Below, one piece after another: positions 27,493-40,998 of a DNA stretch of 64,000 bases. Source of the DNA: Lama guanicoe (lineage: Eukaryota); assembly GCA_013239625.1 (NCBI GenBank), contig MU053561.1:1597818-1661817 (forward strand). The letters are read 5' to 3'. The position numbers and the translations under genes were made by a program. The notes under the pieces are model-generated. The model made no database searches, was not told where the DNA came from, and saw only the letters and a program-made list of their open reading frames with translations. Each line of letters starts with the position of its first letter. Position 1 is the first letter of the stretch.

Positions 27493-29229
27493 AAAAAAGC
27501 ATCACAATAGATACATAAGCTGATTGTGACACTGCCCCCAAAAGACCTATGCAGCAGTGTCATTCCACTTCTCAGAGATATTTCATCTGCCCGCCCTGAG
27601 GCATTCTAGTGAAAGCTCTTTAGAACGTTGAGTTAGCAGTGTCTCCTTCGTATTGTGCTTCAAGTGGAGGAATAATATTTTTCTCTTCCTAAACATAGCT
27701 GAGTGACAATAACTGAGTTGTGCACAACTTGAAAAATAGTGATAGAATTTCCTTGGAGTCTTGAACAAAGCTTGTTATCTTGTAAAAGTCTGGAACATAG
27801 ATAAGGATTCCAGCTAGGTATTGCTAAACTGTTAATATTCCAGACCTCTTAAATAAAGCTAGAAAGTGTATAGATACTAGGATGATAATAAACAGTCTAA
27901 GTAGGTTTTAGGGGAAAATGTTCAACTGAACTGAAGTGCTTGAAACCATTACAAATGCAGTTTATCAAAAGGGAAATACATTTTTTGGACAGAACCCTTG
28001 AATAATTTTTGAGAGGCAGTGAAGGATTTTTCAACTTTTTTGATCTTAAACAGTAAGCTATTTCTCATGTTAATGTGTATTTAAGACTTACTGGAAATAC
28101 TCATAATACGAGCTGAAGACTGATGTCTGGCAGCAAGCGTATTTCTTAAATTGGGTTGGTTTTTATTACTCTATTTTCTGAAATATGCTTTCATTGATAT
28201 TTACAAAACAAATTGCCAGTTCACACAAAGGTTGTTTTAATAAAGGCCAATGAAAACAACTGAGTTGCTAGGAAGAATGTTAAGAGGGAAATGGACTTTT
28301 CATAACCTCACATTATAATTTCTCTTTTTGGACAAAAATGTATTATTTGAGTGAGTTTGGAACCAGAGAGAGTTCGCCTGTCAAAATATCTACCTAGAAG
28401 TTATATGTGATCATTTTTATTGCAAATGAAAAATATTAAATATAAGTCAAATGTAAGTGTGACCCATATGAGTTTGGCAACAGACTAGGAAAATGTTAGT
28501 TAAGAAATGGTGAATGTTGACCATGTTTTCAGCTCTAGCCATAGAAACCATCACTGGCTCCCAGTTACCCACAGGATAAAATCTAAGATGCTCTGCCTGG
28601 TTTTCACAGCCCTGCCTAGTTTGGTCTTTCTCTGCTCATCCATCTTTATCTGCCTTTACTCTGGCTGAGTGGTCTCTGTAGTATCCCCAGGCATATTGAC
28701 TATTCCCATGTAGTTTCCTGGCCCAAAGATCTTCTTGCCTCCATCCGACTCCTTCTCATTAAAATCTTCCCTTACATCTTCCAGAAGGGAGCTTAAGCCA
28801 CATGATTCTGACCCTTACTGACTTTTCTCCTTCCACTGAACTACTTCAGTGATTGTTATCTTTTTAATGCTGTCCTGCTTTGAGCTGTAGTCCAACCGTT
28901 TCGGTGTTACCTACTGTATCTGCATTCTCTTACAGCCCTGTAGATTCCTGGAGGGTAGCAAAAGGTTAACATTTTTAATTTTCTCCCTTCTGGCCACAGT
29001 ACATAATAGTGATTAGTACATCGTGGTCTTCAGCAAATACCTACTGAATTAAATTCATTGACTGTGTTTTACTGCCTCAGTTTCCTGGCCTATTTTCTTT
29101 TTTGAGCACCAGAATTTGTTGCAGCCCACTGATCATGAGAAAATTTCAGAGCCTTAGTTTCGGTATCCGTAAAACAGAGACAGTGGCCATATATCCCTTG
29201 CAGGTAGTGAAAAGATTGTTGAGAGGATT

Positions 29230-30105
29230 TAAAGGCATCTAGCACATATTATCTCAGACCTCACACATCCAAACCCAAACTCTGGATTTTCCTCTTTAAA
29301 CCTGCTCTCTGCCAAGTCTTCACCTTCTCATTGAAAGGTGTCACCATTCACCCAGCGAGTCACGAGAGCCAGAAACCTTGATTTCATTGTTTTCGCCTCC
29401 TTTTCTGAACCCCATGATCCAGTTCTACAGAGTCTTGTTGGCTCCCCCTTTGAAATAGATCTAAAGTCTTTTCTTTTGGGACACCCCCACTACGACTCCA
29501 TTGTCCAAGCCATCACCATCTCTTGCTGAGCTATAGACAGCTCAAGAGCTTCCCAGTTTAGTCTCTTTCTCCCATTCTTGCTGCTCTGGAATCTGGTCTC
29601 CACACAGTAGCCAGAGTGGACCTTTTAATTCGCCAGACTTTGAGTGAAATCCAGATGCTCCACCGCAGCCCATGTATCTGGCTTCTCCCAACCACTCTGA
29701 CTGTTTGTATGACTCACCTTTGCACTCAGTCCTCTGTAACCATAATGGCCTTTGTGCTGATCTGCAAATCCATCAGAAAGCACACTGCCACCTTTGAGCC
29801 TTTGCTCTTGCTGTGCCCTTGGGCTAGAATGACTCCACGCAAGATATTCATGTGAGCCACTCCCTCCTTTCCTTCAGGTTTCTGTTCAGATATGGCCTTC
29901 CCTGATCACCCTGTGTGAACTACATCATTACACTCTATCCCCTTACCCTGATTCCATTCCTGACCTTCTAATTCATTCATATCATGTTATGTCTCTCTCT
30001 CCATGTGAATGTAAGCTCCACACAGGCAGGGATTTATCTTGCTCACTGATCTGTCACCAGCACCTGATATATTGGGCTCAAATACCACTTTTGAATGAAT
30101 GAAGG
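29230..30105 (+). mobile_element. L2 3' portion
   Basis: Typical L2 motifs (ccaagccatcaccatctcttgc, gaatgtaagctccacacaggcaggga) ending in a (gaat)n tail. Confidence 0.75.
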
Positions 30106-30159
30106 ACAAGTTGGTGCTCAGTAAGGAGGAGCTCTTATCAGTAGTAGTGCTGTATTACA

Positions 30160-32780
30160 GTGGTGTGAAAGTCAAAGTATGTGAAAGAGTATGGAACCCC
30201 GTTTAGTCTGATATAAATACTTATTATTACTCTTTTATCTATTTCCATATGAATGTTACTCATGTTTTTCAAACTCAGTGCGTTCAAAACTGCTACTATA
30301 CTATTCACTGAAGTTAGAAATCGTCTTCCAATCTTCTAACAATAAAATTGGTCAGTGATTCCTATTACTCCAACTTCTCTACTTTAGTTCCTTCTTTTGT
30401 ACCTCCTGTAATTTTTGACACTGTTACAGCAGCCTTCTAACATCTCTTGTCTCTTTCAGCCAAGGGTGAAACTTCAAAATATGCTAATAACTCTCACAGT
30501 TGTATGTAAATCAACATATAAATCAAAAAATTTTTAATCGCATTTTTAAAGCATAATAAAAATAAAACTATATGTACTTTATACAACTCCTTGCTAGATG
30601 CTATACTTTTTAGTACATACCATTCATCAAATATTTCTAGTGGTTTCAAAATCATTTGTTGGTTTTCAGAAGTGTTGGTGCAGTCTTTGGTTGACATGGC
30701 TTTCACACTCTAAGTGTTGCCCTGTCTGAGCCATGAGGTGACTTGGGGAATATATTTAGGCTCATCCCATAACTTTCCTTTTACATACATAGTCATTATG
30801 TAATTTGTAGTTCTCTCTACGTAATTTCTCTTAATAGCAACAATATTGTTCATCATACTGAAAGCTCTTTCAACTTTTGAACTCTTAATAATTATGTTTA
30901 AAATTTTTCTGGCCTTCATAATAATGTCTAAAAATTTTATATACTTAATGTATCTATTATCAATTAAGGCACAAAACCATTTCTTGAAATGTCATATTTA
31001 ATTAGTTGGCTTAATTTTATAAATGTTTGATCATCCCAAATCCACTTTGTTTATAAACATAGTGTGGTTAAATTTTAGGATTGAATAAGTTGAAAGAAGT
31101 TAATACTTTTCATTTTATCATAAAATAACAACCCATTTTTGTATAATGTATTAGGCAATCTAATAGTTTTTCTTTTATAACTGATACTTTATTTTGTTTT
31201 GTTTCAAGTTGTACCATTTATTTCTGTGTTTCTATATATCCTCTTCTTCTCTTAGTTTGTTTTATTAATTTTACATGGGCAACAAATTTTCATTTATTTC
31301 CTACAAAGCTGAAGGAAGTTGACATTTCTGTTAGAATGTTTCATTAGAAACAAATCACTAAAAGTCAGTTTCATTTTCCAAATGCTAACTACTCCAACTT
31401 CACAATTCACATGAAAAGAAACACACAAGGCTTGGCATGGTTTCCACTCAGTGGCTGCAGTTCTAGCACGATGACTGTCCGTTGGGACCCTAATATTTGT
31501 CTAATGTTCAACCCCAAGCTCCCTTCACATGAATTACTTAACTATCTCTGGTGTTTATTTAACATACGGTAGTAAATAGAAAACTTACCAAGAAAGTATT
31601 TATATCGACTTACTTGATATGCGTCTTTTATTGCATCAGCTGCACATATTGAATACAGTGAGTTAGGACCAAAACAAAACATTTGGAACTTTTTTCACAG
31701 TTGTGGGCTGAAACTCCAGACTGCCTCCATTTCACTACTCTGGCCCTGTTTTCATGTAAATACTTCTCAGTGAAGCCATTTTTCTTGGTGCCTATTGAAA
31801 TAGTTTGAGATATCGCAGGTGCTGTTGCATCCAGCTCCACCAAATCAACAACAAAAAATGTAAGTGTCTTTAGCATATTGGCTTTTGCAAATGAGGTATT
31901 ATTAAAACACTTTTACATGAAACATTTAAAGTTTTATCAACAGTGATTAAATTTTACTACTTTTGATTTATACGTTTTCCAAAAGGTTGCTTTCTCATTT
32001 CAGTAGATAAATGCTTTGCCACAGTCAGAACTATAAATCTGCGTTCCAGTGGTACAGCCATATATTATTTTTTGAAGTTCAGCTAAGTATTTTGTGTCTA
32101 AAAATGCTCACTTGTGTTTAACTACATAATAGATTATGTTAAAAGCTCTGATGATGTGTTTGAAAATGTTTTGCAATTACTTTAATGACACATTTTGATG
32201 AAAAGTTTTTATTTCAAATATTTTAATGTGTGAAAATGATTATATTATATTCTTTAAATTTTCCTTCATTATTGATGGCAGACTTCCTTTTTTGGAATAA
32301 CGAGCTTTAACAAAACATATTTGCCATTCTGATTTTAAAAAGTGTTTTCCTATTTAACTTTTAACAACACAAACTGTGAGCTTCATTTCCATCCAACTTT
32401 ATATCACTTGCAATAGTAATCAGATTTAATTAATCAAACTTTTATGTTGAAAGAATCATGTTGTTTTACATTTTAGAAATACTAACTATTTATAAACATT
32501 TTAATGATTTTTGCACAGTATCAGAACATGCCTTGGGTTGTGATTGATTATATTTTTCTTCTTTGATCTCCTGAAAATTCAGAATACTGACCTATTCATG
32601 ATACTTGAAAAAAAATTCAGCAACATATCCAGACTTTGAAGTCTCTTCACTGTGGATTTACATTTTAAACATTTTATGTTATAAATTCCTATAAACATAA
32701 TGTATGTGTTACAAGTATTAAAAACAATACACACAAGAATTGGATTGCAGTATAATTAAAATATAAGTAAAAATGAATCA
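30160..32780 (-). mobile_element. Decayed hAT transposase fossil (hAT-Tip100 / Zaphod-like, KIAA1586-related)
   Basis: Minus ORF pieces SSKVERAFSMMNNIVAIKRN...VTSWL (hAT C-terminal dimerisation motif) and DLVELDATA...GFTEKYLHEN...QSGV. Very AT-rich, multiple stops; ends approximate. Confidence 0.75.
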
Positions 32781-34354
32781 AATCGAAAGCAGAGTGTGAG
32801 ACTGGGGATGATGATTAGCCAGGGATCACCTGAAAGTCCAGAGTGCTTAGGAAAAGATGTGCCCTGTACATTTGCTGCCTTCAGATGCAGCCCAGACCAC
32901 AGACTATGCTGTGAAAGTTCCCTTAATGTTACAACCCCAGGGAGTTCAGGTATCAAAGATCAAATTAACATCTTATAATGATCAGTTTGTGCTAAGTTTA
33001 CATTGGATTTTACATTCTTAATTTTACTACTTATCACAGTTACTTTTATTCTGTCCACCAACCAGCATTCATTTCAGTTCAGCCACCAAGATGGCATACC
33101 TCTGTGTGCTCAGTGACTATCAGAACCACCGCCTCTTCTCCCTTCTATGTACCCTCTGCATGGCCACCTGGGTTGTCCTTCTGCAATACCAATAAGATCA
33201 TGTCACTTCCTGCTTCTGTCTCCACCCTTACTATGAATTCCTTGGCCCTTAACAATCTTCCCAGATCCATCCCAGCCTCATCTTCCCTCCTTTATCCCAA
33301 CCACTGTCACCCCTAACAACTAGACAACTCAGACCTTCTAGGCAAGTGTGTGCTTTCATGTATATAGAATTTCTTTTTAGAAATTCAAACACTACTTGTT
33401 GACCTTCTCATTCTTAAAGTCACTAATCAAATGTGCTTCCTCCATGGAACTATCCCTGACTTCCGATTTCCGATGTTCAATTCACCACGTTCCCACAGTG
33501 CTTACACATACAGTGATGATGGTACTTACCATGCTTATTAGAGTTATTGGTGGATCTGCTCTCTCACTTGACTGTGAACTTCTCAAGGTCAAGTAGTGAT
33601 CTGGTGAGTCATGGTGAGTTCCCTCTCTGGAATGTGGTGCCTGGAATATACTCAGTCAATCATAATTGGAGGAATGATAAAACAAACGTGGTTGTTCTTC
33701 CTGTTATTTATACCAAAACCACCCTTCTTTAAATCATGTTCATCCTACCACATGTTTTCTATTTTGTTCCCCCTTTTTTCCTGAATATGGTGAGCCAAGG
33801 CCTTTCAATAGAACTGCAGCACAGTAAGCTGATGGTTATGGGGAAACAGTACATAGAGGTACCTTTCCTATAATTGACATCAAAGTCTGAACTTCGGACT
33901 AGAGTTTGGATTATGTTTTCCTTCATGCACTTACTTGCACTTCCCACATTGCATCTCATCTGATGTACATGCTTGCTCGAGTCAGAAAGCCGTTGTGAAA
34001 TCTCCCTGAGGTACTTAATTGCCCCCCTGGCATAGTGTCACTGTCACAACATCTGCCAGTGAAGGTAAGGCGAGGTGGCAGAGGAAGGCCCATCGTCTGG
34101 GAATCAGGACATGCCTCTTGCTATCTGTGCCACCTTCGCCACTCCTCCATGGCGTAGATTTTTTTTCCCATCTGCAAAATGAAGGAATTAAACTAAATGT
34201 CAGTGAAAGAGATCTTCCAGTACTGAACTCTGCAACTTTAGTTGTCACTATTATCTACTTGCATTTCTTCTATAAAACAGGTAAATAAGACCTATGCAGG
34301 GAAGATGCCCAGGGCTCCCCTCTGTTAACACTTCTCCATCCAAAGAAGTGTGCC

Positions 34355-34515
34355 CTTAACCTCACCTTTGTTTTTAAACCAGTTATCTACCCGTGACAAA
34401 ACATCTCCTCTCCTCCCATGGCAACTCGGTATTTTTGATAGGAAAACTTGTGAGATGCTTTCTAAAATTAAATAAATTCTGTCTCCTGGCTTCCCCTTGT
34501 CCTCACCCCTCACAA
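34355..34515 (-). mobile_element. CR1-type RT fragment
   Basis: EDKGKPGDRIYL...CHGRRGDVLSRVDNWFKNK resembles CR1 RT VDKG.PVD.IYLDF...HGI.G.VL.WI.NWL. Confidence 0.6.
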
Positions 34516-36427
34516 TCATTATTCTTTGTGCTGTTCTTATTGTGTCTTCTGTTAAACATAATTATAATGTGTGGCCTTGGATGGTACAGACAATGTAACA
34601 GTTTTTCAGGGAGGATATATTCATAGAAATGGAGAGGAAACCCCTCAAATTATATAAACACCAACGAAAAATCATGTGATCCTTAAAAATGGTTATTACT
34701 TTGTATATGTATTTAATAATTGAGTTTTGAACAAACTAGTTTGAGGCGAGGAATACTGAATTCAGCCACCTCTGTCTTCACACCAAATATTTAGAAGGCT
34801 GAGCAAGGATAAAGAGAATTTCGTTATTCACACTTGTTATTGTAACTGTAAGGTGAAGCGCTAGAGAATGCTAGGAAAATGTCTGTGGAAAAATGATTTA
34901 TTATGACCATGTCTTCCACCTTTGCAATGGCAATAACTGTGGATGTGTTATTTTACTCTTTGTGATGAAGGTGTCACATTTGCTCAGAAGGATATACTCT
35001 GAAAATTATATTTAAAGCAGTGATGTTCTGTTTCCTCTGAAGAAACTTTTTTGCTTAGTCCCTCTTGTGTTCAGTAATTAAGAGCAGTCATGTCTAGAGA
35101 CCGAAGGTTTTGATCACGTGGAGCAGACTTTTGGGTCACATGACATCAATATGGGAACTGAACCTCTGGCTGTACCCTCATTAGTACCGTCTTCAAAGTA
35201 GCTGAGGAAATCCACTCATCCTACCCAGCATGTCCCAGTGGGTCCACTGGTGGCATCACTGAAAGTCTGCTCTCAACCTCCTTGGCAGGATTCTTTCTTT
35301 TGCTTTCTCCTGTTGTAGACCTCCTCACCACCTCTAATTACTTTTATTTTATAGAAGCTAATGTTCCTCTAAAATCAAGGAATTTGAAAGTTTCCTCTCT
35401 ATTTTGAAATTTAGCTGCTAGAAAAAGTCTTTAAAATGATCTAACTTAATTTGATCAATGAAAGTTTTTGGTCAAAAAATGAGCATCTTAAAAAAATTGT
35501 ACTTGACAATGTTTTAAACTAATTCAGTAGGAAAGATTGTTCACCTTGGATTGTTCAGTTTGGATTGGAAAAAAGTGGGATTAAAGTAAAATCAAGCTAG
35601 GAAAGATGGATGCCTTCCTGGATGTTCCTTATGTAAGTCCTTAGAATAGGTGTTCCCCACCGGTTAATTCCACGCCCTAAACACGGTCAGCTGTGGAGCA
35701 GAAGTCTCCGTCTTGAACGCAGGAGTAGTTGAGGTGTGGGTGAGCCAGGAGGGAATAGGCAGTTACTAACTTGCCAGCCATTATCTTTGGGGTTTGTGGA
35801 CAGAATTGCCCTTTTGTTATCTTCTGAAAGTTCTCCCTATTTTTTTTCCTCTATCCTCTTTTGCTATTGACACCTTCCTTCCAATCCCCTGTACCCCCAA
35901 TCTATCACAAGGCTTCAGAGGAGACAGCGGAGTGGTCCTTGATACAGAAACATACTTTCATAAGGAAATTATTTGAAGAATGTTGAATTTCCAAAATGTA
36001 AGATGGGCCCATCCCAAAATATAACTTTAAAAATGCATTCCAGAGGAAAATAGAAATAATTTTCCTTTTTAAAATTCCTGGAGTCCATATACCTCTCCAC
36101 TCACATGAAGAGTTGAAGCTTGTCTGGCTATATCTATATCTAATGTGTTTTTTCTTTATATATAAATAATATGTTGTTTACCTGCCATCACTGAGGCATT
36201 CTCTTTTGGCAGATTTTTAATTATTGGGAATAGTTTAAGACTGAGTGCAACCAGCTAGTGAATATGGAGTTTGCCTACAGCTTCAGTAAGTGATTAACTT
36301 CCATTAAGAAACATCAGCTAGTTCCATATGAAAGCACTGCCTGGGGTGCATAGAGAGGGAGGATGAATCAGTGGGAAAAGGGACAATTCAGCATCCTGTC
36401 ACCTGGAGTTAATCTGAGAAAATATAC

Positions 36428-36610
36428 ACCGGTCCTTCTAAAAGTGTGATCCCTGGACTAGAAGCAAAAGCATCATCTGGGAACTTAAAATAAATACATA
36501 TTCTCAGGCCCCACTCTAGACTTACTGAATCAGGAGTTTGGGGTCTGGTCTGTATATAGATTTGTGCTTTAACTAGCATGAGTCTGATGCACACTAAAGC
36601 TCAAGACGTA
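36428..36610. mobile_element. MER5A-like hAT-Charlie MITE
   Basis: gcatcatctgggaactt...attctcaggccccactctagacttactgaatcag matches the remembered MER5A core. Confidence 0.75.
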
Positions 36611-36999
36611 CGTTAATAACGTGACCACAAATGGAAACTCTGTGTTACTAGTATAGTACTGACAACGAGTTTTCATAGGCAAGCAGAGACGTAGAGATCA
36701 CTGTTGGGCTAGATGTTCAGGGAAGGAGTCACAGATGAAGCGGGAATTTCACCTGGAAGGAAGGAATTCTGTATAAAAGAACCAGGCTGAGCAAGCAGAA
36801 AGCTGAGAAAACCCATGGACATATTTGTGATACACAGTTAACCACTAACTAGACACTATATTAGGTGCTTTACACAGGCTATCATGATTAATCCTCACAA
36901 AAACTCAAAATATCATTCCTATTTACATGACGAAATTTAGGCTCAGGAATTTACAGATCAATTTGTCTGAGAGAAGTTAGTTTAGAAAATGAATGGGTG

Positions 37000-37950
37000 A
37001 TGTGGTGTTAAAAATATGTGGGAAGAGACTGTAAAGGACTTTGAATTCCAATTCTTGGAGTTTGGACTCTGTCTTATTCCACTAGAGTCTAAGAGTTTAG
37101 CGTTAAAATACTTTCTGTGAGGGAGGAGTGAAATGATTGGATTAATGTCTTAGAAAAAGTAATAGGTCAGAGATGGAGGAAGCTGGAGGCTTGAATAGAC
37201 CCTGTAGAAGACATTTTCAGTAGGTCCAGAGTTGACGTAGTTATAGGTTGATCTAGGAGAATCACCATGAGAATAAAAAGGAAGTGACAGACTCAAGAAG
37301 TTCTGGAAAGACAGTAACTGTGATTTTATATCCAAAGGGAGATTGGGAGAGGATTTGAAGTCATGATGACTGGGAAAAAATGGAAAGTCTCAGAAGCTGA
37401 CAAATAAAGCTGAAAGAACTTAGATGATTTTTATTGTTTGTAATGGGGGGATTTTGTTTATGTTTTTAGGGTCTATAGAGAGAGGTAAAGAACTCAGCTT
37501 TTAGACGTGCTGAGTTTGAGATGATGCTAAAACATCAAAGTAGAAATGTTCATCAAGGGGTCCAAAATATGGACTCTAGCTCACAGTCCTTGGTTAAAGA
37601 TACCAGTTTAGGGGTTATCAGCAGAGAGGTAATAGTCGGTGCCATGGGAGTAGGTAGAATAATCCAACAGAGAGAAAGCACCAGGAGAACGGAATGCTGT
37701 GGAATATCTAAAGTTTCTCATTTATGAGATGGAAAGAAAAGAAAGAGCCTGATGGTCAGACAAGGAACAGACAAAGCAATAAAAGACAGAGTGAAGACAG
37801 GGTGGTGTCAAAGAAGTCGGATCAGGGAGGTGGACACACAGTGGCAGTGGATGCCTCCCACCTATAGAGAACTAGGGAGATTAGGGCAAGTCAACCGTAT
37901 TTGGTGATGAAGACACCACTGGTGATTTTCAAGGATGTAATCTCAATAGA
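37000..37950 (-). mobile_element. L2 fragment
   Basis: Purine-rich L2 antisense motifs (ctcagcttttagacgtgctgagtttgagatg; ccactggtgattttcaagga). Confidence 0.6.
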
Positions 37951-37955
37951 GTGAA

Positions 37956-37990
37956 TGGTGGTGGTGGTGGTGGTGGTGGTGGTGGTGGTG
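37956..37990. repeat. (TGG)n microsatellite
   Basis: About 11-12 perfect units. Confidence 0.95.
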
Positions 37991-40037
37991 AGTTAGGGAG
38001 TGGGAGCAAGTCTGCAGGATTTAAAGGCATCGTAGTCTATCAGGAGATGGGGAGTCAAGAGTTAGGTCACTTGTTTGGGGGAGTTTGACTGAAGAAAAGA
38101 AGATCAGATGGAAAATGGTTAGTGGGAGAGACAGATTAGGTGAAGATAGCTAAGCACTTGTGAAATGGGACAGAGAGGAAAGGGGAGGAAGGGATTGAAA
38201 ACTGGAGAGGGAGAGAGAGGAGGGATGAGAGGCCAAAGCTCTAAGAAGAGGTCAGAGGAAGGTGGGCCATTTGCTCTAGGACAAAACTGAAAGGAGCAGA
38301 ATCTCCCCCTCAGCCCAAGAAAAAGGAGCAAGTTCTTGAGATGGCGAAAGGGATGTACTGAGATGAAAACCTGAAAAGGGAGGAAACCTGAGCTAGAGGA
38401 GGTGGAGGTGCTCTGCTGAGGAGGAAGAGATGGGGCCACTGTGTAGGGAGGAAGTGGATAATCAAGAGACACAACAAATTCCTCCCACTGTTTCTTCCAG
38501 TGGCATCTGCCCATGAGGCGGGGAGATAAAACACAGGAGAGACGCAGTCTAGTAAAACGCACACTGTCTTACACTATGACCGTATATACATCTGTTTCCC
38601 TTACTGGAACGTGGGTCTTTTGAGAGCAGAGACTTCTGCCTGGTATCTTTTTAAATGCAGAAAAGCACAAAGGGTAATATAAGAAGCACATTTTGTACCA
38701 TCAGGACAATTGCTTGTTTGTCTTTGTTTTGTTAAAATACACAATGTGGGGGGAAAAACACACGGAAGAACTCTTTGTTCTTACCCTCATCCCCTGTTCC
38801 TTTCCTTTCTCTCCCTTCCTAGAAGCCAGCACTATCATGGATTTGACGCATATCCTCTCAGCCTACCTATGTAGCTATTTATCTGTGGCCATGAATATTA
38901 TATAGTATTGTTTACTGTATAATTTTTTAAATTTACGCAAATGGTTCCATAGTGTGCGTAACAATTCTGCAATTTTTCTTTTTTGTAATTCAGCGTTATG
39001 TTTTGAAGTCTAACTGTGTTGAGAAATACAGATTCAGTTCATTTCCTCAATTTCCCTTATCTTAGTAATCTTCGCATCCTCCATTTCCAGGGTAGCACAG
39101 GTACCCACGTAGCAAATGTCAATTATGAGTGAATAAATTAGAGTAAACAGTATAATAATAGAAATGGATAATGTGTACAGTGCCTTCTTATGAAATACTT
39201 CTACCTGTAATCTCTTCTTGCCTTTATTTGTGGATTTTCTTCCCCAGGCTGATACTGTTTAAGGATAGTAATTCCTAATGCCCATTTCAATGTTTGGCAC
39301 ATAGTAACTCCTCAGTAAACATTGGTTGAATGAGTGAATGACTCTCTGCTCTAAGTATTATTTTGCTAAGGTCCAGGTTCTGAGTTATATGAGTGTTTTT
39401 CCAAGACTGTGTGGTTGGGATCAGGACTAATAATCAGGCTTTCTGATTCTAAATCCAGTGGCCTTTTCATTACACCATTGAAAGAGCTATTGTAAGGACT
39501 ATATTAGGGAATCAATAGGAGAGGAATAATTATAATGAATTATTGCCCCTATGTAACCAATAAATAGACTCTGTGCACCTATGTAATTGGAGAAAATTAA
39601 TCACCATAACCAGATCTAGGGCTTGAAATTTATCATAATCATTAACTGGGAATATTTTGTCAAATAGTCCTTTAAGCATGTGAGGTTCATATTGTAATGG
39701 AGATCTGTGAATTATGAAGGTATATACAATTGCAGGAGGGGAGGAATGAGCAGGAAGCAGTTTCAAGCAAATACAACTGCTTTTGCTAAAGTCACTAGTG
39801 ACCTTTTAATTGCCTTTAACGACATACACCACTCCTCCCCTGGTTTCAGTGACACTTTCCCTCCTGGCTTTCCTCCACCTCACCTTCTTGTCCACCTCCT
39901 ATGAAACCCTTCCCTAAAACACAGACAGCTGAGTAGAGATATGAAGGGAACTGCACATGTTCTTAGAAGACAGTCTCAGGTTCTGCCTCAGACACCCACC
40001 TATATTCTAATCTGCCCTCCCTTTAGGGTTGATTCGT

Positions 40038-40998
40038 ATTTTTTTAATTGAAATGTAGTCAGTTTACAATGTTGTGTCAATTTGTGGTGTACAGCATAAT
40101 AGTTCAGTCATACATATACATACATATATTTGTTTCATATTCTTTTTCATTATAGGTTACTACAAGATGGTGAATATAGTTCCCTGTGCTCTGCAGTAGA
40201 AACTTGTTATCTGTTTTATATTTTTATTGAAGCATAGTCAATTTACAATGTTGTGTTAATTTCTGGTGTACAGCATAGTGATTCAGTAATATAATATATT
40301 CCTTTTCATAGTCTTTTTCATTATAGGTTATTATAAGGCATCGAATATAGTTACCTGTGCTATACAGTAAGACCTTGTTGTTTATCCATTTTGTATATAG
40401 TAGTTAGTATCTGCAAATCCCAAGCTCCCAATATATCCCTTCTCATCCCCTTTACCCCCAAACTATAAGTTTGTTTCTATGTCTGTGAGTCTGTCTTGGT
40501 TTTGTAAATAAGATCATTTGTGTCCTTTTTGTAGATTCCACATATAGGTGATATCACATGGTATTTTTCTTTCTCTTTCTGGCTCACTTCCCTTAGTATG
40601 ATGATCTCCAAGTTCATCCATGTTGCTGCAAATGAATAAACTTTTTTATGGCTCAGTAGTATTCCATTATATATATACCACAACTGCTTTATCCAGTCAT
40701 CTGTTGATGGACATTTAGGTTGTTTCCATGTCTTGGCTATTGTAAATAGTACTGTTATGAACATTAGGGTACATGTGTCTTTTCAAATTAGAGTTTCCTC
40801 CAGTTATATGGCCAGCAATGGGATTGCTGGATCATATGGTTAGTCTACTTTTAGTTTTTTGAGGACTCTCCATACTGTTTTCCCTAATGGCTGCACCAAA
40901 CTACATTCCCACCAACAGTGTAGGAGAGTTCCTTTTTCTCCACACCCTCTCTAGCATTTATTATTTGTGGACTTTTTAATGATGGCCATTCTGACTGA
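40038..40998 (-). mobile_element. Lineage-specific L1 3' ~1 kb with duplicated terminal unit
   Basis: ORF2 C-terminal peptide MFITVLFTIAKTWKQPKCPSTDDWIK (ORF 40477-40764). Two tandem ~180-bp terminal units at about 40040-40220 and 40222-40400. Confidence 0.92.

Noticed and set aside
35112..35144. Paired E-box motifs (TCACGTG, GTCACATGAC)
   Set aside because: Short motifs expected by chance in 64 kb; no other support.
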